DNA from: an uncultured Actinomycetes bacterium
Lineage (GTDB): Bacteria > Actinomycetota > Actinomycetes > Nanopelagicales > Nanopelagicaceae
NCBI GenBank assembly: GCA_964565165.1
Contig: CAZMDJ010000003.1
Coordinates: 7,054 to 69,043 of the forward strand
Direction: 5' to 3'
Length of the DNA: 61,990 nucleotides
The position numbers and the translations under genes are program-made. Below, piece after piece: positions 10,820 through 21,297 of this stretch. The stretch's first letter is position 1; every line of letters begins with the position of its first letter. The notes beneath the pieces were generated by a model. That model did not search any database, had not been told where the DNA came from, and was given only the letters and a program-made list of their open reading frames with translations.

Positions 10820-11947
10820 TTACGCAAGACCAAGGCTTACCAAAAGCTTGGTGATTGAAGTTGTCTGATCAGCGATAAATGACTTGAAATCATTGCCACG
10901 CTCATCAAGATTGGTCCAATCCTTAGCCTTCAAAGTTGCCTTCCATGCATTACCTGCACGAACAACATCTGCAACCTTTGCGAAGTTAAGACGATCAGCA
11001 GCTGAAATTGAGCCTGATACATCGAATCCACGCCAGTTACCGAAGGTCATATCAATTCCCTGCTGAATCAAAGTCTTACCCTTGATTGAAGTAAGTGGCT
11101 TTGCAGAAGAAAGTGCAAGAACGCGAAGCTTTCCAGCCTTTACATATGAAGCGAATTCAGAGGTTCCTGAAACGCCAGCTACTACCTGCTTTGATAGAAC
11201 TGAAGTTGTAACTTCTCCGCCACCTGCGTAAGGAACGTAGTTCATATCTGTTGCTTGTACGCCAGCCTTCTCAACTAGAAGACCCATGAATACGTGGTCA
11301 ACAGTTCCCTTTGAACCACCAGCAATTGGGTGACCCTTTGGATCTGCCTTGATGTCATCAAGTAGTTGATTGATTGTGCGGTACTTAGATGATGAAGGAA
11401 CAACGATTGCTTCCCACTCACGCATCAAACCTGAAATCTGTGTGTTGTCAGATAGCTTCAACTTTGACTTTGTTGATGCAACACCTGCAACCATTGCGAA
11501 ACCGTTAATGAATGCAACATCTGAACGGCTCTTCTGATCCTGGAAGTAACCAAGACCTACAGTTCCTGAACCACCAGACTTATATGAAACGGTGTAATCA
11601 CCGAGCATGCCCTCTGCCTTCATTGCATCAGCGAATGCGATTGCTGTTGTGCCGTAACCGCCGCCAACGCCAGAAGATGAAACCCATTCAAGTTTTGAAA
11701 TTGGTTTTACATCTGGGTACCACCACTTGGTTAGACCCTTTAATGTTCCAGTTGTTACAACTGTGCATGTAAGTGCAGATCCATCAACACCACGACCAGG
11801 AGCAGTTGCACCTGCGCGGATGCAATCATCGCCAACCTTCGCCTTTGATGCTGGAACCCAAGCAGCGTTTGCAGCTGGGGCGCTGCTAAGTACAAGCGTC
11901 GAAGCAGCAACAACTGCAAGTGCGCCAAAAAACTTCTTTGTTTTCAT
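10820..11947 (-). CDS. tctC: tripartite tricarboxylate transporter substrate-binding protein TctC (signal peptide plus Cys-containing N-terminal extension)
   Basis: The 375-aa ORF has the signal peptide MKTKKFFGALAVVAASTLVLSSAPAANA. Its body resembles the Bug/TctC family (GGGYGTTAIAFADAM, NYVPYAGGGE). Confidence 0.8.
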   Translation of the reverse strand: MKTKKFFGALAVVAASTLVLSSAPAANAAWVPASKAKVGDDCIRAGATAPGRGVDGSALTCTVVTTGTLKGLTKWWYPDVKPISKLEWVSSSGVGGGYGTTAIAFADAMKAEGMLGDYTVSYKSGGSGTVGLGYFQDQKSRSDVAFINGFAMVAGVASTKSKLKLSDNTQISGLMREWEAIVVPSSSKYRTINQLLDDIKADPKGHPIAGGSKGTVDHVFMGLLVEKAGVQATDMNYVPYAGGGEVTTSVLSKQVVAGVSGTSEFASYVKAGKLRVLALSSAKPLTSIKGKTLIQQGIDMTFGNWRGFDVSGSISAADRLNFAKVADVVRAGNAWKATLKAKDWTNLDERGNDFKSFIADQTTSITKLLVSLGLA

Positions 11948-11963
11948 TAGCTATATTTCCTTA

Positions 11964-11995
11964 TCCATTTCCCGAGTTTCGAGGGCGGGAATGGA
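11964..11995 (-). promoter_or_regulatory. hairpin between map stop and tctC SD
   Basis: tccatttcccg (11964-11974) pairs with cgggaatgga (11986-11995), giving a 10-bp stem with a 1-nt bulge. There is no U-tract. On the transcript its 3' arm abuts the tctC SD AAGGAA. Confidence 0.3.
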
Positions 11996-12048
11996 GAGAA
12001 CTTATATGGTTACTGCTTAGTTTTGAACTAATTTGAATAACTTTTTGA

Positions 12049-12864
12049 TTACTTATCGAAGAGGCCGGAAATCTCCACACCTAAGCGTGCAAGTTCCGCC
12101 TTGCCGCCATCAAGCGCAGTAAGTACGAAAGGCTTACCGTCAGGGGCGATGCAATAAGAATTTTCAAAATGTGACCCACGCGACTTGTCTTGGCTAATTA
12201 CTGTCCAATCATCGCCGAGCACTTTGGTTTTGTGTGTACCGCGAGTAATCATCGGCTCAATTGCTAAACAGATGCCCTCAACTAAATCTGGACCACTACC
12301 TGGTTTTCCGTAATTTAAAACGTGTGGCTCCATGTGCATTGATGTACCAATTCCATGTCCACCGTATTCACGCAAGATTCCGTACTTACCTTGAGAATTT
12401 ACATACTCTTCAATTGCATGGCCAATGTCAGAAAGCTTTCCGCCTTTTTTACCAGCCGCAATTCCGCGCCACATAGATTCTTCGCAGACATCTAACATCT
12501 TCTGATCTTCTGAATCGCCTGCACCTACTACAACAGAGAAAGCTGCATCTCCGTGCCATCCGTCAATAATCGCGCCACAATCAATTGAAACAACATCGCC
12601 TTCATGAATTACGCGATCACCAGGAATTCCGTGAACAATCTCTTCATTAACAGAGACACAGATTGTTGCTGGATAACCGTGATAGCCAAGGAAGTTTGAC
12701 TTTCCCCCACCGCGTTTGATGTTTGCCGCAGCAACTGCATCTAGTGCAGAAGTAGTCATGCCAGGTTTAATTACTTCGCGAAGAATCTGCAGAGTTTCTC
12801 CAACTAATAAACCTGCGCGACGCATGGTTTTTAATTGATCAAGAGTCTTTAGCTCGATCGCCAT
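12049..12864 (-). CDS. map: type I methionine aminopeptidase
   Basis: The 271-aa ORF carries metal-ligand motifs (DVVSIDCGAIIDGWHGD, GHGIGTSMHMEP, LAIEPM) and follows adk. Confidence 0.95.
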   Translation of the reverse strand: MAIELKTLDQLKTMRRAGLLVGETLQILREVIKPGMTTSALDAVAAANIKRGGGKSNFLGYHGYPATICVSVNEEIVHGIPGDRVIHEGDVVSIDCGAIIDGWHGDAAFSVVVGAGDSEDQKMLDVCEESMWRGIAAGKKGGKLSDIGHAIEEYVNSQGKYGILREYGGHGIGTSMHMEPHVLNYGKPGSGPDLVEGICLAIEPMITRGTHKTKVLGDDWTVISQDKSRGSHFENSYCIAPDGKPFVLTALDGGKAELARLGVEISGLFDK

Positions 12865-12869
12865 AGTTA

Positions 12870-13520
12870 CTACTTTACGCGAGAGAGAGCTGCAATCGCA
12901 GAGTCGGTAATTTCACTTACCGCACCTGTTGCAGAGATTGAGATTAATAAACCTTCGTTGCGATAGAAGGAGATGATTGGTTCAGTCTGTTCTGCGTAAA
13001 CTTCAAGGCGGCGCTTAATAACTTCTGCCTTATCGTCTTCGCGTTGAATTAACTTTCCACCGCATGAATCACAAATGCCATCAACTGCTGGCTTCTCATT
13101 AACAATGTGATACGGCTTCTGACAATCAGAACATGAACGGCGACCAGATAGTCGAGTAACAATCTCATCGTGATCAACGCTTAGTTCAAGCGCTGCATGA
13201 AGAGGTGTTCCCTTCTCTGCAAGCACTGCACGGAGAACTTCTGCCTGAGCTACGTTACGTGGATATCCATCTAGTAAAAATCCATTGCCAAGGTCGTCTT
13301 GATTTAAACGATCCTTAACCATGTCATTTGTTACTGAATCAGGAACAAGTTCGCCCTTATCCATGTACTTCTTCGCCTCTAATCCAAGCGCGGTTTCGCC
13401 CTTTAAATTAGCGCGGAAAATATCGCCAGTAGAAATATGTGGAATTGCAAAGTGCGCGGCAAGAAATTGAGCTTGTGTTCCTTTGCCTGCACCTGGTGGA
13501 CCTACCAGGACTAGTCGCAT
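12870..13520 (-). CDS. adk: adenylate kinase (Cys4 zinc lid)
   Basis: The conserved N-terminus MRLVLVGPPGAGKGTQAQ starts at ATG 13520, so the track ORF is over-extended to 13604 into secY. The lid reads CSDC...CDSC. The gene ends TAG, immediately followed by an in-frame TAA. Confidence 0.94.
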   Translation of the reverse strand: MRLVLVGPPGAGKGTQAQFLAAHFAIPHISTGDIFRANLKGETALGLEAKKYMDKGELVPDSVTNDMVKDRLNQDDLGNGFLLDGYPRNVAQAEVLRAVLAEKGTPLHAALELSVDHDEIVTRLSGRRSCSDCQKPYHIVNEKPAVDGICDSCGGKLIQREDDKAEVIKRRLEVYAEQTEPIISFYRNEGLLISISATGAVSEITDSAIAALSRVK

Positions 13521-13521
13521 T

Positions 13522-14817
13522 TTATTTAAGGAATCCCTCGTAGCTGCGCTGCTGTAGCTGTGACTCGATCTGCTTTGCAGTATCAAGACCAACACCAACC
13601 ACAATCAGAATCGCTGTACCACCGAATGGGAAGTTCTGAGTTGCTCCGAAGAGAATCAAAGCTCCGATTGGAATTACTGCAACTAGCGCAAGGTATAGAG
13701 AACCTGGCGCAGTGATGCGTGAAAGTACGTACTGTAGGTACTCCGCAGTTGGTTTACCTGCACGAATACCAGGAATAAATCCACCGTACTTCTTCATGTT
13801 ATCTGCAACCTCATCTGGATTAAATGTGATTGCTACATAGAAGTAGGTGAAGAAAATAATTAGCGCTGCATAAGTTGCAACATAAATTGGGTGATCGCCC
13901 TTCACGAAGTTACGTGAAATCCATACTGCCCAACCCGCTGTGCTATTTGTGAAGTTAACAATTAGTGATGGGATGTAAAGCAATGATGATGCGAAGATAA
14001 CTGGAATAACGCCAGCTTGGTTAACCTTAATTGGAATGTATGTGCTGGTTCCGCCATAAGTCTGGCGACCAACCATGCGCTTTGCATACTGAACAGGGAT
14101 ACGACGCTGAGCTTGCTCAACGAATACAACCGCTGCCACAACCAAAATACCTACTGCAATCACGAATAGGAATGCGAACAAGCCCTTCTGCAACTTGATG
14201 CTCCAAAGGTTTCCAGGGAAACCTGCTGCAATAGAGGTAAAAATAAGGATTGACATACCGTTACCAACACCGCGGTCAGTAATTAGCTCACCAAGCCACA
14301 TGATTACAGATGTTCCTGCAGTCATTACGAAGATCATGGTGACGATTCGCTGCCATGAAGTATCAGGAATGATTGGAAGAGTACATCCATTGATCAAGCG
14401 ACCAGTTGTACGTGCAACAGCTACCAAACTAGTTGATTGCAGAATTGCAAGACCGATTGTTAAGTAACGTGTGTACTGAGTTAACTTTGCAGTACCTGAT
14501 TGACCTTCATTCTTAAGCGCTTCAAAACGTGGAATAACCACAGTTAATAGCTGAACGATGATCGAGCTGGTGATGTAAGGCATGATGCCAAGTGCGAAAA
14601 CTGAAAGGTGTAGCAAAGCTCCACCTGAGAACAAGTTAATTAGACCGAACAATCCGCCAGTCTGAACTTGGTTTAGACACTCTTGAACGTTTGAATATGA
14701 AACGCCAGGAGTTGGCACCACTGATCCGAAACGGAAGAGCGCCATGATGGCGAGAGTAAAGAAGATCTTCTTTCGAAGGTCCGGTGTTTTAAAAGCCTTA
14801 CCAAATGCTGAAAGCAT
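13522..14817 (-). CDS. secY: preprotein translocase subunit SecY
   Basis: The 431-aa protein has 10 TM segments, begins MLSAFGKAFKTPDLRKKIFFTLAIMALFR and sits after rplO. Confidence 0.97.
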   Translation of the reverse strand: MLSAFGKAFKTPDLRKKIFFTLAIMALFRFGSVVPTPGVSYSNVQECLNQVQTGGLFGLINLFSGGALLHLSVFALGIMPYITSSIIVQLLTVVIPRFEALKNEGQSGTAKLTQYTRYLTIGLAILQSTSLVAVARTTGRLINGCTLPIIPDTSWQRIVTMIFVMTAGTSVIMWLGELITDRGVGNGMSILIFTSIAAGFPGNLWSIKLQKGLFAFLFVIAVGILVVAAVVFVEQAQRRIPVQYAKRMVGRQTYGGTSTYIPIKVNQAGVIPVIFASSLLYIPSLIVNFTNSTAGWAVWISRNFVKGDHPIYVATYAALIIFFTYFYVAITFNPDEVADNMKKYGGFIPGIRAGKPTAEYLQYVLSRITAPGSLYLALVAVIPIGALILFGATQNFPFGGTAILIVVGVGLDTAKQIESQLQQRSYEGFLK

Positions 14818-14854
14818 TAGATCTTCTCCTACTCGCTAACTTCTTTGTTATTAA

Positions 14855-15295
14855 TTACAGAGTCTTTGTTGAACCGCCTGCAGCAGCAATCTTCTCAACA
14901 GCTGATGCTGAGAATGCATGTGCAGTTACGTTTACCTTGACGCTGATATCGCCATTGCCAAGCACCTTTACAGGCAAGCTATCGCGAACAGCACCAGCGC
15001 TGATTAGATCTGCAACAGATACTTCGCCACCCTTAGGGAATAGCTCGTTAATTGTTGAGACGTTAACCGCCTGATACTCAACGCGTGCAGGATTCTTAAA
15101 TCCGCGTAGCTTTGGAAGACGCATTACAAGTGGAAGTTGTCCACCTTCGAAACCGATACGAACAACGTTACGAGCACGTGTTCCCTTACCGCCACGACCT
15201 GCAGTCTTTCCCTTAGATGCTTCACCGCGACCCTTACGAGTCTTAGCTTTCTTAGCACCTGGAGCTGGACGTAAATGATGAAGCTTTAGTGTCAT
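14855..15295 (-). CDS. rplO: 50S ribosomal protein L15
   Basis: The 146-aa ORF begins [31 protein letters not shown]. Confidence 0.96.
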   Translation of the reverse strand: MTLKLHHLRPAPGAKKAKTRKGRGEASKGKTAGRGGKGTRARNVVRIGFEGGQLPLVMRLPKLRGFKNPARVEYQAVNVSTINELFPKGGEVSVADLISAGAVRDSLPVKVLGNGDISVKVNVTAHAFSASAVEKIAAAGGSTKTL

Positions 15296-15477
15296 TATTC
15301 AACCTCCTCGACCTTGATTAGATGGCGAACAGCGTGAACCATTCCGCGAATCTCAGGACGATCTTCTTTAACAACTACATCGTTGATGCGCTTTAAGCCA
15401 AGTGAACGCAATGTGTCGCGTAGCTCTGGCTTATTGCCCACCTTCGAACGAATTTGAGTAACTTTCAAACGTGGCAT
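15295..15477 (-). CDS. rpmD: 50S ribosomal protein L30
   Basis: The 60-aa ORF begins [28 protein letters not shown]. Confidence 0.95.
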   Translation of the reverse strand: MPRLKVTQIRSKVGNKPELRDTLRSLGLKRINDVVVKEDRPEIRGMVHAVRHLIKVEEVE

Positions 15478-16109
15478 TACGCACCGACCTTCTCTGTTGG
15501 TTGTTGCGATGCGCGAATGATCGCTGCAGGTGCAACATCTTCAAGTGGACGGTTACGACGTGCTGCAATTGCTGATGGTGCTTCAAGCTGCTTTAGAGCT
15601 ACAGCTGTTGCATGCACCATGTTGATTGCATTGTTTGAACCGAGTGACTTTGTAAGAACATCTGTAATACCTGCGCACTCAAGTACTGCACGAACTGGAC
15701 CACCAGCGATAACACCGGTACCAGGAGCAGCTGGACGAAGTAGAACAATGCCTGCAGCCTTTTCACCCTGAACTGGGTGAGGAATAGTTCCTTGAATACG
15801 AGGAACCTTGAAGAATGACTTCTTCGCTTCTTCAACAGCCTTTGAAATTGCTTGCGGAACTTCCTTTGACTTTCCGTAACCGATTCCAACTAGACCATTG
15901 CCATCGCCAACAACTACAAGAGCTGTAAACGCGAAGCGACGACCACCCTTAACAACCTTTGAAACGCGGTTGATGAATACAACGCGCTCAATGTATGGGC
16001 TCTTCTCACGTGGAGTCTCTTCGCGACGATCGCGACCGCGACCTCCGCGCTTTCCGCGTGTATCTTCTTTTGTTCCCTCTGTTGAAGGATTTGTTGCATT
16101 AACAGCCAT
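15477..16109 (-). CDS. rpsE: 30S ribosomal protein S5 (basic N-terminal extension)
   Basis: The 210-aa ORF contains [42 protein letters not shown]. Confidence 0.97.
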   Translation of the reverse strand: MAVNATNPSTEGTKEDTRGKRGGRGRDRREETPREKSPYIERVVFINRVSKVVKGGRRFAFTALVVVGDGNGLVGIGYGKSKEVPQAISKAVEEAKKSFFKVPRIQGTIPHPVQGEKAAGIVLLRPAAPGTGVIAGGPVRAVLECAGITDVLTKSLGSNNAINMVHATAVALKQLEAPSAIAARRNRPLEDVAPAAIIRASQQPTEKVGA

Positions 16110-16486
16110 TAGAAGACCAACCCATTCTCTCGTGCGCTATCAGCAAGTGCTGCAATACGACCGTGGTACTTATTTCCACCGCGATCAAAGACAACTTCAG
16201 AAACGCCAGCATCTTTGCCACGCTTTGCAATAAGCGCGCCAACTTCCTTTGACTTTCCTGTCTTATCTGCAGATGACTTACGTAGCGCATCTTCCATGGT
16301 TGATGCGTATGCAAGTGTCTTGCCCTGTGAATCATCAACAATCTGTACGAACAAGTGACGTGCAGAGCGTGATACAACTAAACGTGGACGTGCAGCTGTT
16401 CCAGCAATCTTCTTACGAAGACGGAAGTGACGGCGAGCGCGTGCATTGGTAGACGAACCCTTACGAACCTTTACGGAGATTCCCAT
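16109..16486 (-). CDS. rplR: 50S ribosomal protein L18
   Basis: The 125-aa ORF contains [20 protein letters not shown] and [26 protein letters not shown]. Confidence 0.96.
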   Translation of the reverse strand: MGISVKVRKGSSTNARARRHFRLRKKIAGTAARPRLVVSRSARHLFVQIVDDSQGKTLAYASTMEDALRKSSADKTGKSKEVGALIAKRGKDAGVSEVVFDRGGNKYHGRIAALADSARENGLVF

Positions 16487-17025
16487 TACTTCTTACCTGC
16501 CTTTCCAGCCTTACGACGAACTGGCTCACCAAGTAGACGAAGACCCTTACCCTTGTATGGATCAGCCTTACGTAGCTTCTTGATCTTTGCAGCTGTCTCT
16601 CCGACTAACTGCTTATCGATACCAGTAATAGTTAATTCAGTCTGTGAAGGAGCCTTGAAAGTAATTCCTTCTGGAGCTGCGAAAAGAATTGGGTGTGAGT
16701 AACCAAGCTGGAACTCAAGATCCTTACCCTTTTCAGCAACACGGTAACCAACACCAACGATGTTGATCTGTAGTGAATAACCATTTGTTACGCCTTCAAT
16801 TGCGTTAGCAATTAGCGTGCGTGATAAACCATGAAGTGAACGTGATAGACGCTCGTCATTTGGACGAACAACTGTTAATACGTCGCCTTCTTGTGAAACC
16901 TTAATTGGGTCTGTGATTGCAACAGATAGTGAACCCTTTGGTCCCTTAACTGAAACGTCATTTCCCTTGATTGTTACTTCAACGCCTGAAGGAACGGTGA
17001 TTGGCTTACGACCGATACGTGACAT
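16486..17025 (-). CDS. rplF: 50S ribosomal protein L6
   Basis: The 179-aa ORF begins [31 protein letters not shown]. Confidence 0.97.
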   Translation of the reverse strand: MSRIGRKPITVPSGVEVTIKGNDVSVKGPKGSLSVAITDPIKVSQEGDVLTVVRPNDERLSRSLHGLSRTLIANAIEGVTNGYSLQINIVGVGYRVAEKGKDLEFQLGYSHPILFAAPEGITFKAPSQTELTITGIDKQLVGETAAKIKKLRKADPYKGKGLRLLGEPVRRKAGKAGKK

Positions 17026-17031
17026 CTGTAA

Positions 17032-17436
17032 TCACCATACGAAGGCGAGAACTTCTCCGCCTACGCCCTGCTTGTTGGCTTGCTTATCAGTAAGCAATCC
17101 AGATGAAGTTGAAATGATCGCAATACCTAGACCACCAAGAACCTTTGGAAGTGAAGTTGATTTTGCGTAAACGCGAAGACCTGGCTTAGAAACGCGGCGA
17201 AGACCTGCGATTGAACGTTCGCGATTTGGACCGAACTTCAAATCAAGTACAAGAGTCTTACCTACTGCATTTGCATTATCTTCAACGCGGAAACCTGCGA
17301 TGTAACCCTCACGCTGAAGAATTTCAGCGATGCGAGCTTTTACCGATGATGACGGCATTGAAACCGTGTCATGGTACGCAGCATTTGCGTTACGCAGACG
17401 TGCAAGCATGTCTGCGATTGGATCTGTCATTGTCAT
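17032..17436 (-). CDS. rpsH: 30S ribosomal protein S8
   Basis: The 134-aa ORF begins [25 protein letters not shown]. Confidence 0.97.
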   Translation of the reverse strand: MTMTDPIADMLARLRNANAAYHDTVSMPSSSVKARIAEILQREGYIAGFRVEDNANAVGKTLVLDLKFGPNRERSIAGLRRVSKPGLRVYAKSTSLPKVLGGLGIAIISTSSGLLTDKQANKQGVGGEVLAFVW

Positions 17437-17503
17437 TAGTTATTTTGTTTCTTTCTCAAGATAGTTTCCAATAAATTCTTTATTGGACTTGTCTCGTAGT
17501 TGT

Positions 17504-17689
17504 TTACCAAGAAGCCTTAGTGATACCTGGAAGTTCGCCACGGTGCGCCATTTCGCGGAAGCAGACGCGGCAGATTCCAAATTTCTGATAGACAGCATGC
17601 GGACGACCGCAACGCTGGCAACGTGTATAACCGCGAACCTTGAACTTAGGCTTACGGCTTGCCTTCACCTTTAGTGATGTTTTAGCCAT
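17504..17689 (-). CDS. rpsN: 30S ribosomal protein S14, short type-Z zinc form
   Basis: The 61-aa ORF has CQRC...CRVC zinc-ribbon cysteines and ends ...[11 protein letters not shown]. Confidence 0.96.
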   Translation of the reverse strand: MAKTSLKVKASRKPKFKVRGYTRCQRCGRPHAVYQKFGICRVCFREMAHRGELPGITKASW

Positions 17690-17692
17690 TTT

Positions 17693-18250
17693 TTATGCCT
17701 CCTTAAATGGGAAACCAAGCAGCTTAAGAAGTGCGCGGCCCTCATCGTCGTTAGTTGCAGTTGTAACAATTGTGATGTCCATACCACGTGGACGATCTAC
17801 CTTGTCTTGTTCGATCTCTGGGAACACAACCTGCTCTGTTAAGCCGAATGTGTAGTTACCTTTTCCATCGAACTGCTTTGGTGATAAACCACGGAAGTCG
17901 CGGATACGAGGTAGTGAGATTGAAAGTAGGCGATCCATGAATTCCCACATGCGATCGTTACGTAGTGTTACGTGAGCGCCGATTGGCTGACCTTCACGAA
18001 GCTTGAACTGCGCGATTGATTTCTTTGCACGGTTAACAAGTGGCTTCTGGCCAGTGATGATTGTTAGATCGCGGATTGCACCTTCGATCAACTTTGAATC
18101 ACGAGCTGCTTCGCCAACACCCATGTTCACAACAACCTTTGAAAGTGTTGGGATCTGCATGACGTTTGCGAAGTTAAATTCCTTCTGTAACGCAGGAATT
18201 ACTTCTGCCTTGTAACGCGCCTTTAAGCGCACATCAACAGCGGTTGACAT
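17693..18250 (-). CDS. rplE: 50S ribosomal protein L5
   Basis: The 185-aa ORF contains [19 protein letters not shown] and [10 protein letters not shown]. Confidence 0.97.
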   Translation of the reverse strand: MSTAVDVRLKARYKAEVIPALQKEFNFANVMQIPTLSKVVVNMGVGEAARDSKLIEGAIRDLTIITGQKPLVNRAKKSIAQFKLREGQPIGAHVTLRNDRMWEFMDRLLSISLPRIRDFRGLSPKQFDGKGNYTFGLTEQVVFPEIEQDKVDRPRGMDITIVTTATNDDEGRALLKLLGFPFKEA

Positions 18251-18561
18251 TAGATGTCCTTTCCGGTGCGACGTGAAATGCGCACGTTCTTGCCTTCGTC
18301 ATTCTTGCGTGAGCCGATGCGAGTTGCCTTGCCGTCGTCTCCTACAACCATGACATTTGAAATATGGATAGCTGCTTCGATGTGAAGGATTCCGCCAACC
18401 TTTGCACCGCGGTCACCTGTGGTTTCCTTGGTGTGCTTGCTTACGCGGTTGATGCCTTCAACCAAAATACGATCAGCATCTACAGATAGAACTTTGCCTG
18501 TTTGGCCCTTGTCCTTACCTGCGATTACTTGAACAGTATCGCCCTTGCGAATCTTCGCCAT
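18250..18561 (-). CDS. rplX: 50S ribosomal protein L24
   Basis: The 103-aa ORF begins [25 protein letters not shown]. Confidence 0.96.
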   Translation of the reverse strand: MAKIRKGDTVQVIAGKDKGQTGKVLSVDADRILVEGINRVSKHTKETTGDRGAKVGGILHIEAAIHISNVMVVGDDGKATRIGSRKNDEGKNVRISRRTGKDI

Positions 18562-18929
18562 TACAACACCTCCGGTGCTAATGAGATGATCTTCATGAAT
18601 CGCTTATCGCGAAGTTCACGTGCAACTGGTCCGAAGATACGGGTACCGCGAGGTTCACCGTCAGCCTTCAAGATAACTGCTGCATTCTCATCAAAACGAA
18701 TATATGAACCATCAGCGCGACGGCTCTCTTTTACAGTGCGGACGATTACCGCTTTAACAACTTCGCCCTTCTTAACCTGTCCGCCAGGAATTGCATCCTT
18801 AACTGAACAGACGATGATGTCTCCGATGCCGGCATAGCGACGTGAAGTACCACCAAGGACGCGGATGCATAGAAGCTCTTTAGCTCCTGTGTTATCTGCG
18901 ACTCGTAGTCGAGATTCTTGCTGAATCAT
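18561..18929 (-). CDS. rplN: 50S ribosomal protein L14
   Basis: The 122-aa ORF begins [27 protein letters not shown]. Confidence 0.98.
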   Translation of the reverse strand: MIQQESRLRVADNTGAKELLCIRVLGGTSRRYAGIGDIIVCSVKDAIPGGQVKKGEVVKAVIVRTVKESRRADGSYIRFDENAAVILKADGEPRGTRIFGPVARELRDKRFMKIISLAPEVL

Positions 18930-18957
18930 TTCTCTTCTTCCTTGTCTCTATTACCTA

Positions 18958-19221
18958 TTACTTAGCCTTCTCAAGGATCTCGACAACTCTCCAACGCTTA
19001 GTTGATGAGACTGGTCGAGTTTCCATGATCAGTACGCGATCGCCAATGCCAGCAGCATTTGCCTCATCGTGTGCCTTTAGCTTTACTGAACGTGACATAA
19101 CCTTTGAATATAAACCGTGCTTAACGCGATCATCTACGCGAACAGTTACGGTCTTATCCATCTTGTCGCTTACAACGATGCCTTCACGAGTCTTGCGGAA
19201 TCCGCGTGCTTCTGTAGTCAT
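18958..19221 (-). CDS. rpsQ: 30S ribosomal protein S17
   Basis: The 87-aa ORF contains [30 protein letters not shown]. Confidence 0.96.
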   Translation of the reverse strand: MTTEARGFRKTREGIVVSDKMDKTVTVRVDDRVKHGLYSKVMSRSVKLKAHDEANAAGIGDRVLIMETRPVSSTKRWRVVEILEKAK

Positions 19222-19433
19222 TATGCAGCACCTCCAATTCCTAATTCTCGTTCACGAATTACTGTGTAGATACGTGCGATCTCTTTACGCACTGCACCTA
19301 GACGGCCGTGTGATTCAAGTTGTCCTGTAGCAGCTTGGAATCGAAGGTTGAAAAGTTCTTCCTTTGATTCACGTAACTTGTTAGTTAACTCTTCTGCTGA
19401 TAACTGGCGTAGTTCTTCTGCTGTGTTAGCCAT
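19221..19433 (-). CDS. rpmC: 50S ribosomal protein L29
   Basis: The start is taken at ATG 19433 ([33 protein letters not shown]). The track extension to 19469 overlaps rplP. Confidence 0.94.
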   Translation of the reverse strand: MANTAEELRQLSAEELTNKLRESKEELFNLRFQAATGQLESHGRLGAVRKEIARIYTVIRERELGIGGAA

Positions 19434-19438
19434 TTTTA

Positions 19439-19852
19439 TTACGCCTCCTCTCGTCGAATAACTCGGCACTTCATTGGAAGCTTATGAATCGCAAGACGCA
19501 TAGCCTCTGATGCAACATCTTCTGTCACACCTGAAATTTCAAACATAACGCGACCTGGCTTTACGTTTGCAATCCACCACTCAGGAGAACCCTTACCAGA
19601 ACCCATACGAGTTTCAGCTGGCTTCTTTGTTAATGGACGATCTGGATAAATGTTGATCCAAACCTTTCCACCACGCTTGATGTGACGTGTCATTGCAATA
19701 CGTGCTGCTTCGATCTGACGGTTTGTTACGTATGCAGGCTCAAGAGCTTGGATACCGTAATCACCAAATGCGCACTGTGTTCCGCCCTTTGATGCACCAC
19801 TACGTGATGGGTGGTGCTGCTTGCGGTGCTTAACGCGACGTGGAACCAACAT
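19439..19852 (-). CDS. rplP: 50S ribosomal protein L16
   Basis: The 137-aa ORF begins [19 protein letters not shown]. Confidence 0.97.
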   Translation of the reverse strand: MLVPRRVKHRKQHHPSRSGASKGGTQCAFGDYGIQALEPAYVTNRQIEAARIAMTRHIKRGGKVWINIYPDRPLTKKPAETRMGSGKGSPEWWIANVKPGRVMFEISGVTEDVASEAMRLAIHKLPMKCRVIRREEA

Positions 19853-20631
19853 TAGTTAGCGCCTCCTTCTGCATTAGCTGCTGCAGCTGGAGCTGCATCA
19901 CGACGTGGACCACCTTCACGGCGAGGACCACGAGGTCCGCGGTTATCGCGCTGTGGCTTTGGAGCCTTTGCTGCTGCAAGTGCTGCCGCATCGCGCTCTG
20001 CACGTGAACCAATAACTTCGCCCTTGTAGATCCAAACCTTTACACCAAGGCGACCGAATGTTGTATGTGCTTCGTAGAAGCCATAATCAATATCCGCACG
20101 CAATGTGTGTAGTGGAACGCGACCTTCACGGTAGAACTCAGAACGTGACATTTCAGCGCCGCCTAGACGACCACCGCACTGAACACGGATGCCCTTTGCG
20201 CCAGCCTTAAGTGCTGATTGCATTGACTTACGCATTGCACGACGGAAAGAAACACGAGCAGCTAACTGCTCTGCAATTCCCTGTGCAACAAGTTGTGCAT
20301 CTGTCTCTGGATTCTTAACTTCAAGAATATTTAACTGAACCTGCTTACCGGTTAGCTTCTCTAAACGGATACGTAGGTTGTCTGCTTCTTGTCCGCGGCG
20401 ACCAATTACGATGCCAGGACGTGCAGTGTGAAGATCGATACGTACTCGATCACGGGTGCGCTCGATTTCAATTCGAGCAACGCCTGCGCGCTCCATATCC
20501 TTCTTCATAAGTCGACGAATTTCGACATCTTCCTTTACATAATCTTTGTAAAGCTTGTCTGCGTACCAACGTGACTTGAAATCAGTTGTGACACCAAGAC
20601 GGAAACCGTGTGGGTTTACTTTCTGACCCAT
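19852..20631 (-). CDS. rpsC: 30S ribosomal protein S3 (Ala/Arg/Pro-rich C-terminal tail)
   Basis: The 259-aa ORF begins [26 protein letters not shown]. Confidence 0.97.
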   Translation of the reverse strand: MGQKVNPHGFRLGVTTDFKSRWYADKLYKDYVKEDVEIRRLMKKDMERAGVARIEIERTRDRVRIDLHTARPGIVIGRRGQEADNLRIRLEKLTGKQVQLNILEVKNPETDAQLVAQGIAEQLAARVSFRRAMRKSMQSALKAGAKGIRVQCGGRLGGAEMSRSEFYREGRVPLHTLRADIDYGFYEAHTTFGRLGVKVWIYKGEVIGSRAERDAAALAAAKAPKPQRDNRGPRGPRREGGPRRDAAPAAAANAEGGAN

Positions 20632-21009
20632 TTACTTTGCTCCCTTCTTGCTATCTGAAACTACGACTGTGATGTGTGATGCACGCTTATTGATGCGGAA
20701 ACCACGTCCTTGTGCACGTGGACGGAAACGCTTCATTGTCTGTCCTTCATCAACTAGCGCTTCTGTTACCCAAAGTTCTGACGCATCGCGTAGAGCTGGG
20801 TTCTTCTGCTTTGCATTTGCTACAGCTGAAGCAAGAAGTGCGTACACATCTTGACCTGGAGCTTGTGGAGCAAACTTCAAAACATTTAGCGCTTCATCAG
20901 CACGCATGCCGCGGATCAAGTCCACAACGCGTCGCGCCTTCTGAGGTGTATGACGAATGTTTGAAAGAACAGCGCGTGCTGTTGTTCCTGTTGTCTCTGT
21001 ATTAGCCAC
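20632..21009 (-). CDS. rplV: 50S ribosomal protein L22
   Basis: The L22 core is [24 protein letters not shown]. The start is chosen at GTG 21009 (8-nt overlap with the rpsS stop). The upstream track extension to 21093 is implausible. Start uncertain (alternative ATG at 21024). Confidence 0.88.
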   Translation of the reverse strand: MANTETTGTTARAVLSNIRHTPQKARRVVDLIRGMRADEALNVLKFAPQAPGQDVYALLASAVANAKQKNPALRDASELWVTEALVDEGQTMKRFRPRAQGRGFRINKRASHITVVVSDSKKGAK

Positions 21010-21283
21010 GTGACGCCCTCGCATCCTGCTTAACGTGTCCCTTAAATGTACGTGTTGGTGCAAACTCTCCAAGCTTGTGTCCAACCATCGCATCAGTTAC
21101 GAAAACTGGTACGTGCTTGCGACCATCGTGCACAGCAATTGTGTGTCCGATCATTGATGGAGTGATCATTGAACGACGTGACCAAGTCTTGATCACGTTC
21201 TTAGTGTTCTTTTCGTTCTGAGCATCTACCTTCTTAGATAGATGTCCATCAACGAAAGGACCCTTCTTTAAACTACGTGGCAT
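21002..21283 (-). CDS. rpsS: 30S ribosomal protein S19
   Basis: The 93-aa ORF begins [19 protein letters not shown]. Confidence 0.97.
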   Translation of the reverse strand: MPRSLKKGPFVDGHLSKKVDAQNEKNTKNVIKTWSRRSMITPSMIGHTIAVHDGRKHVPVFVTDAMVGHKLGEFAPTRTFKGHVKQDARASRG

Positions 21284-21297
21284 TCGCTGATCTCCCC

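Noticed and set aside
7653-11947. The accessory blocks (Tct/MFS, antiporter, secreted trio, giant-gene module) as mobile genomic islands
   Set aside because: No integrase, transposase, tRNA attachment site, flanking direct repeats or obvious compositional shift is visible. They are reported only as synteny breaks, not mobile elements.
17504-17689. Zinc-ribbon (C+) forms of S14 (CxxC x2), L36 (CxxC...C...H) and the Cys4 lid of Adk as something unusual
   Set aside because: These are the ordinary zinc-binding versions. No C- paralogues or Zur-box-like elements are present in the window, so nothing can be said about zinc-responsive switching.
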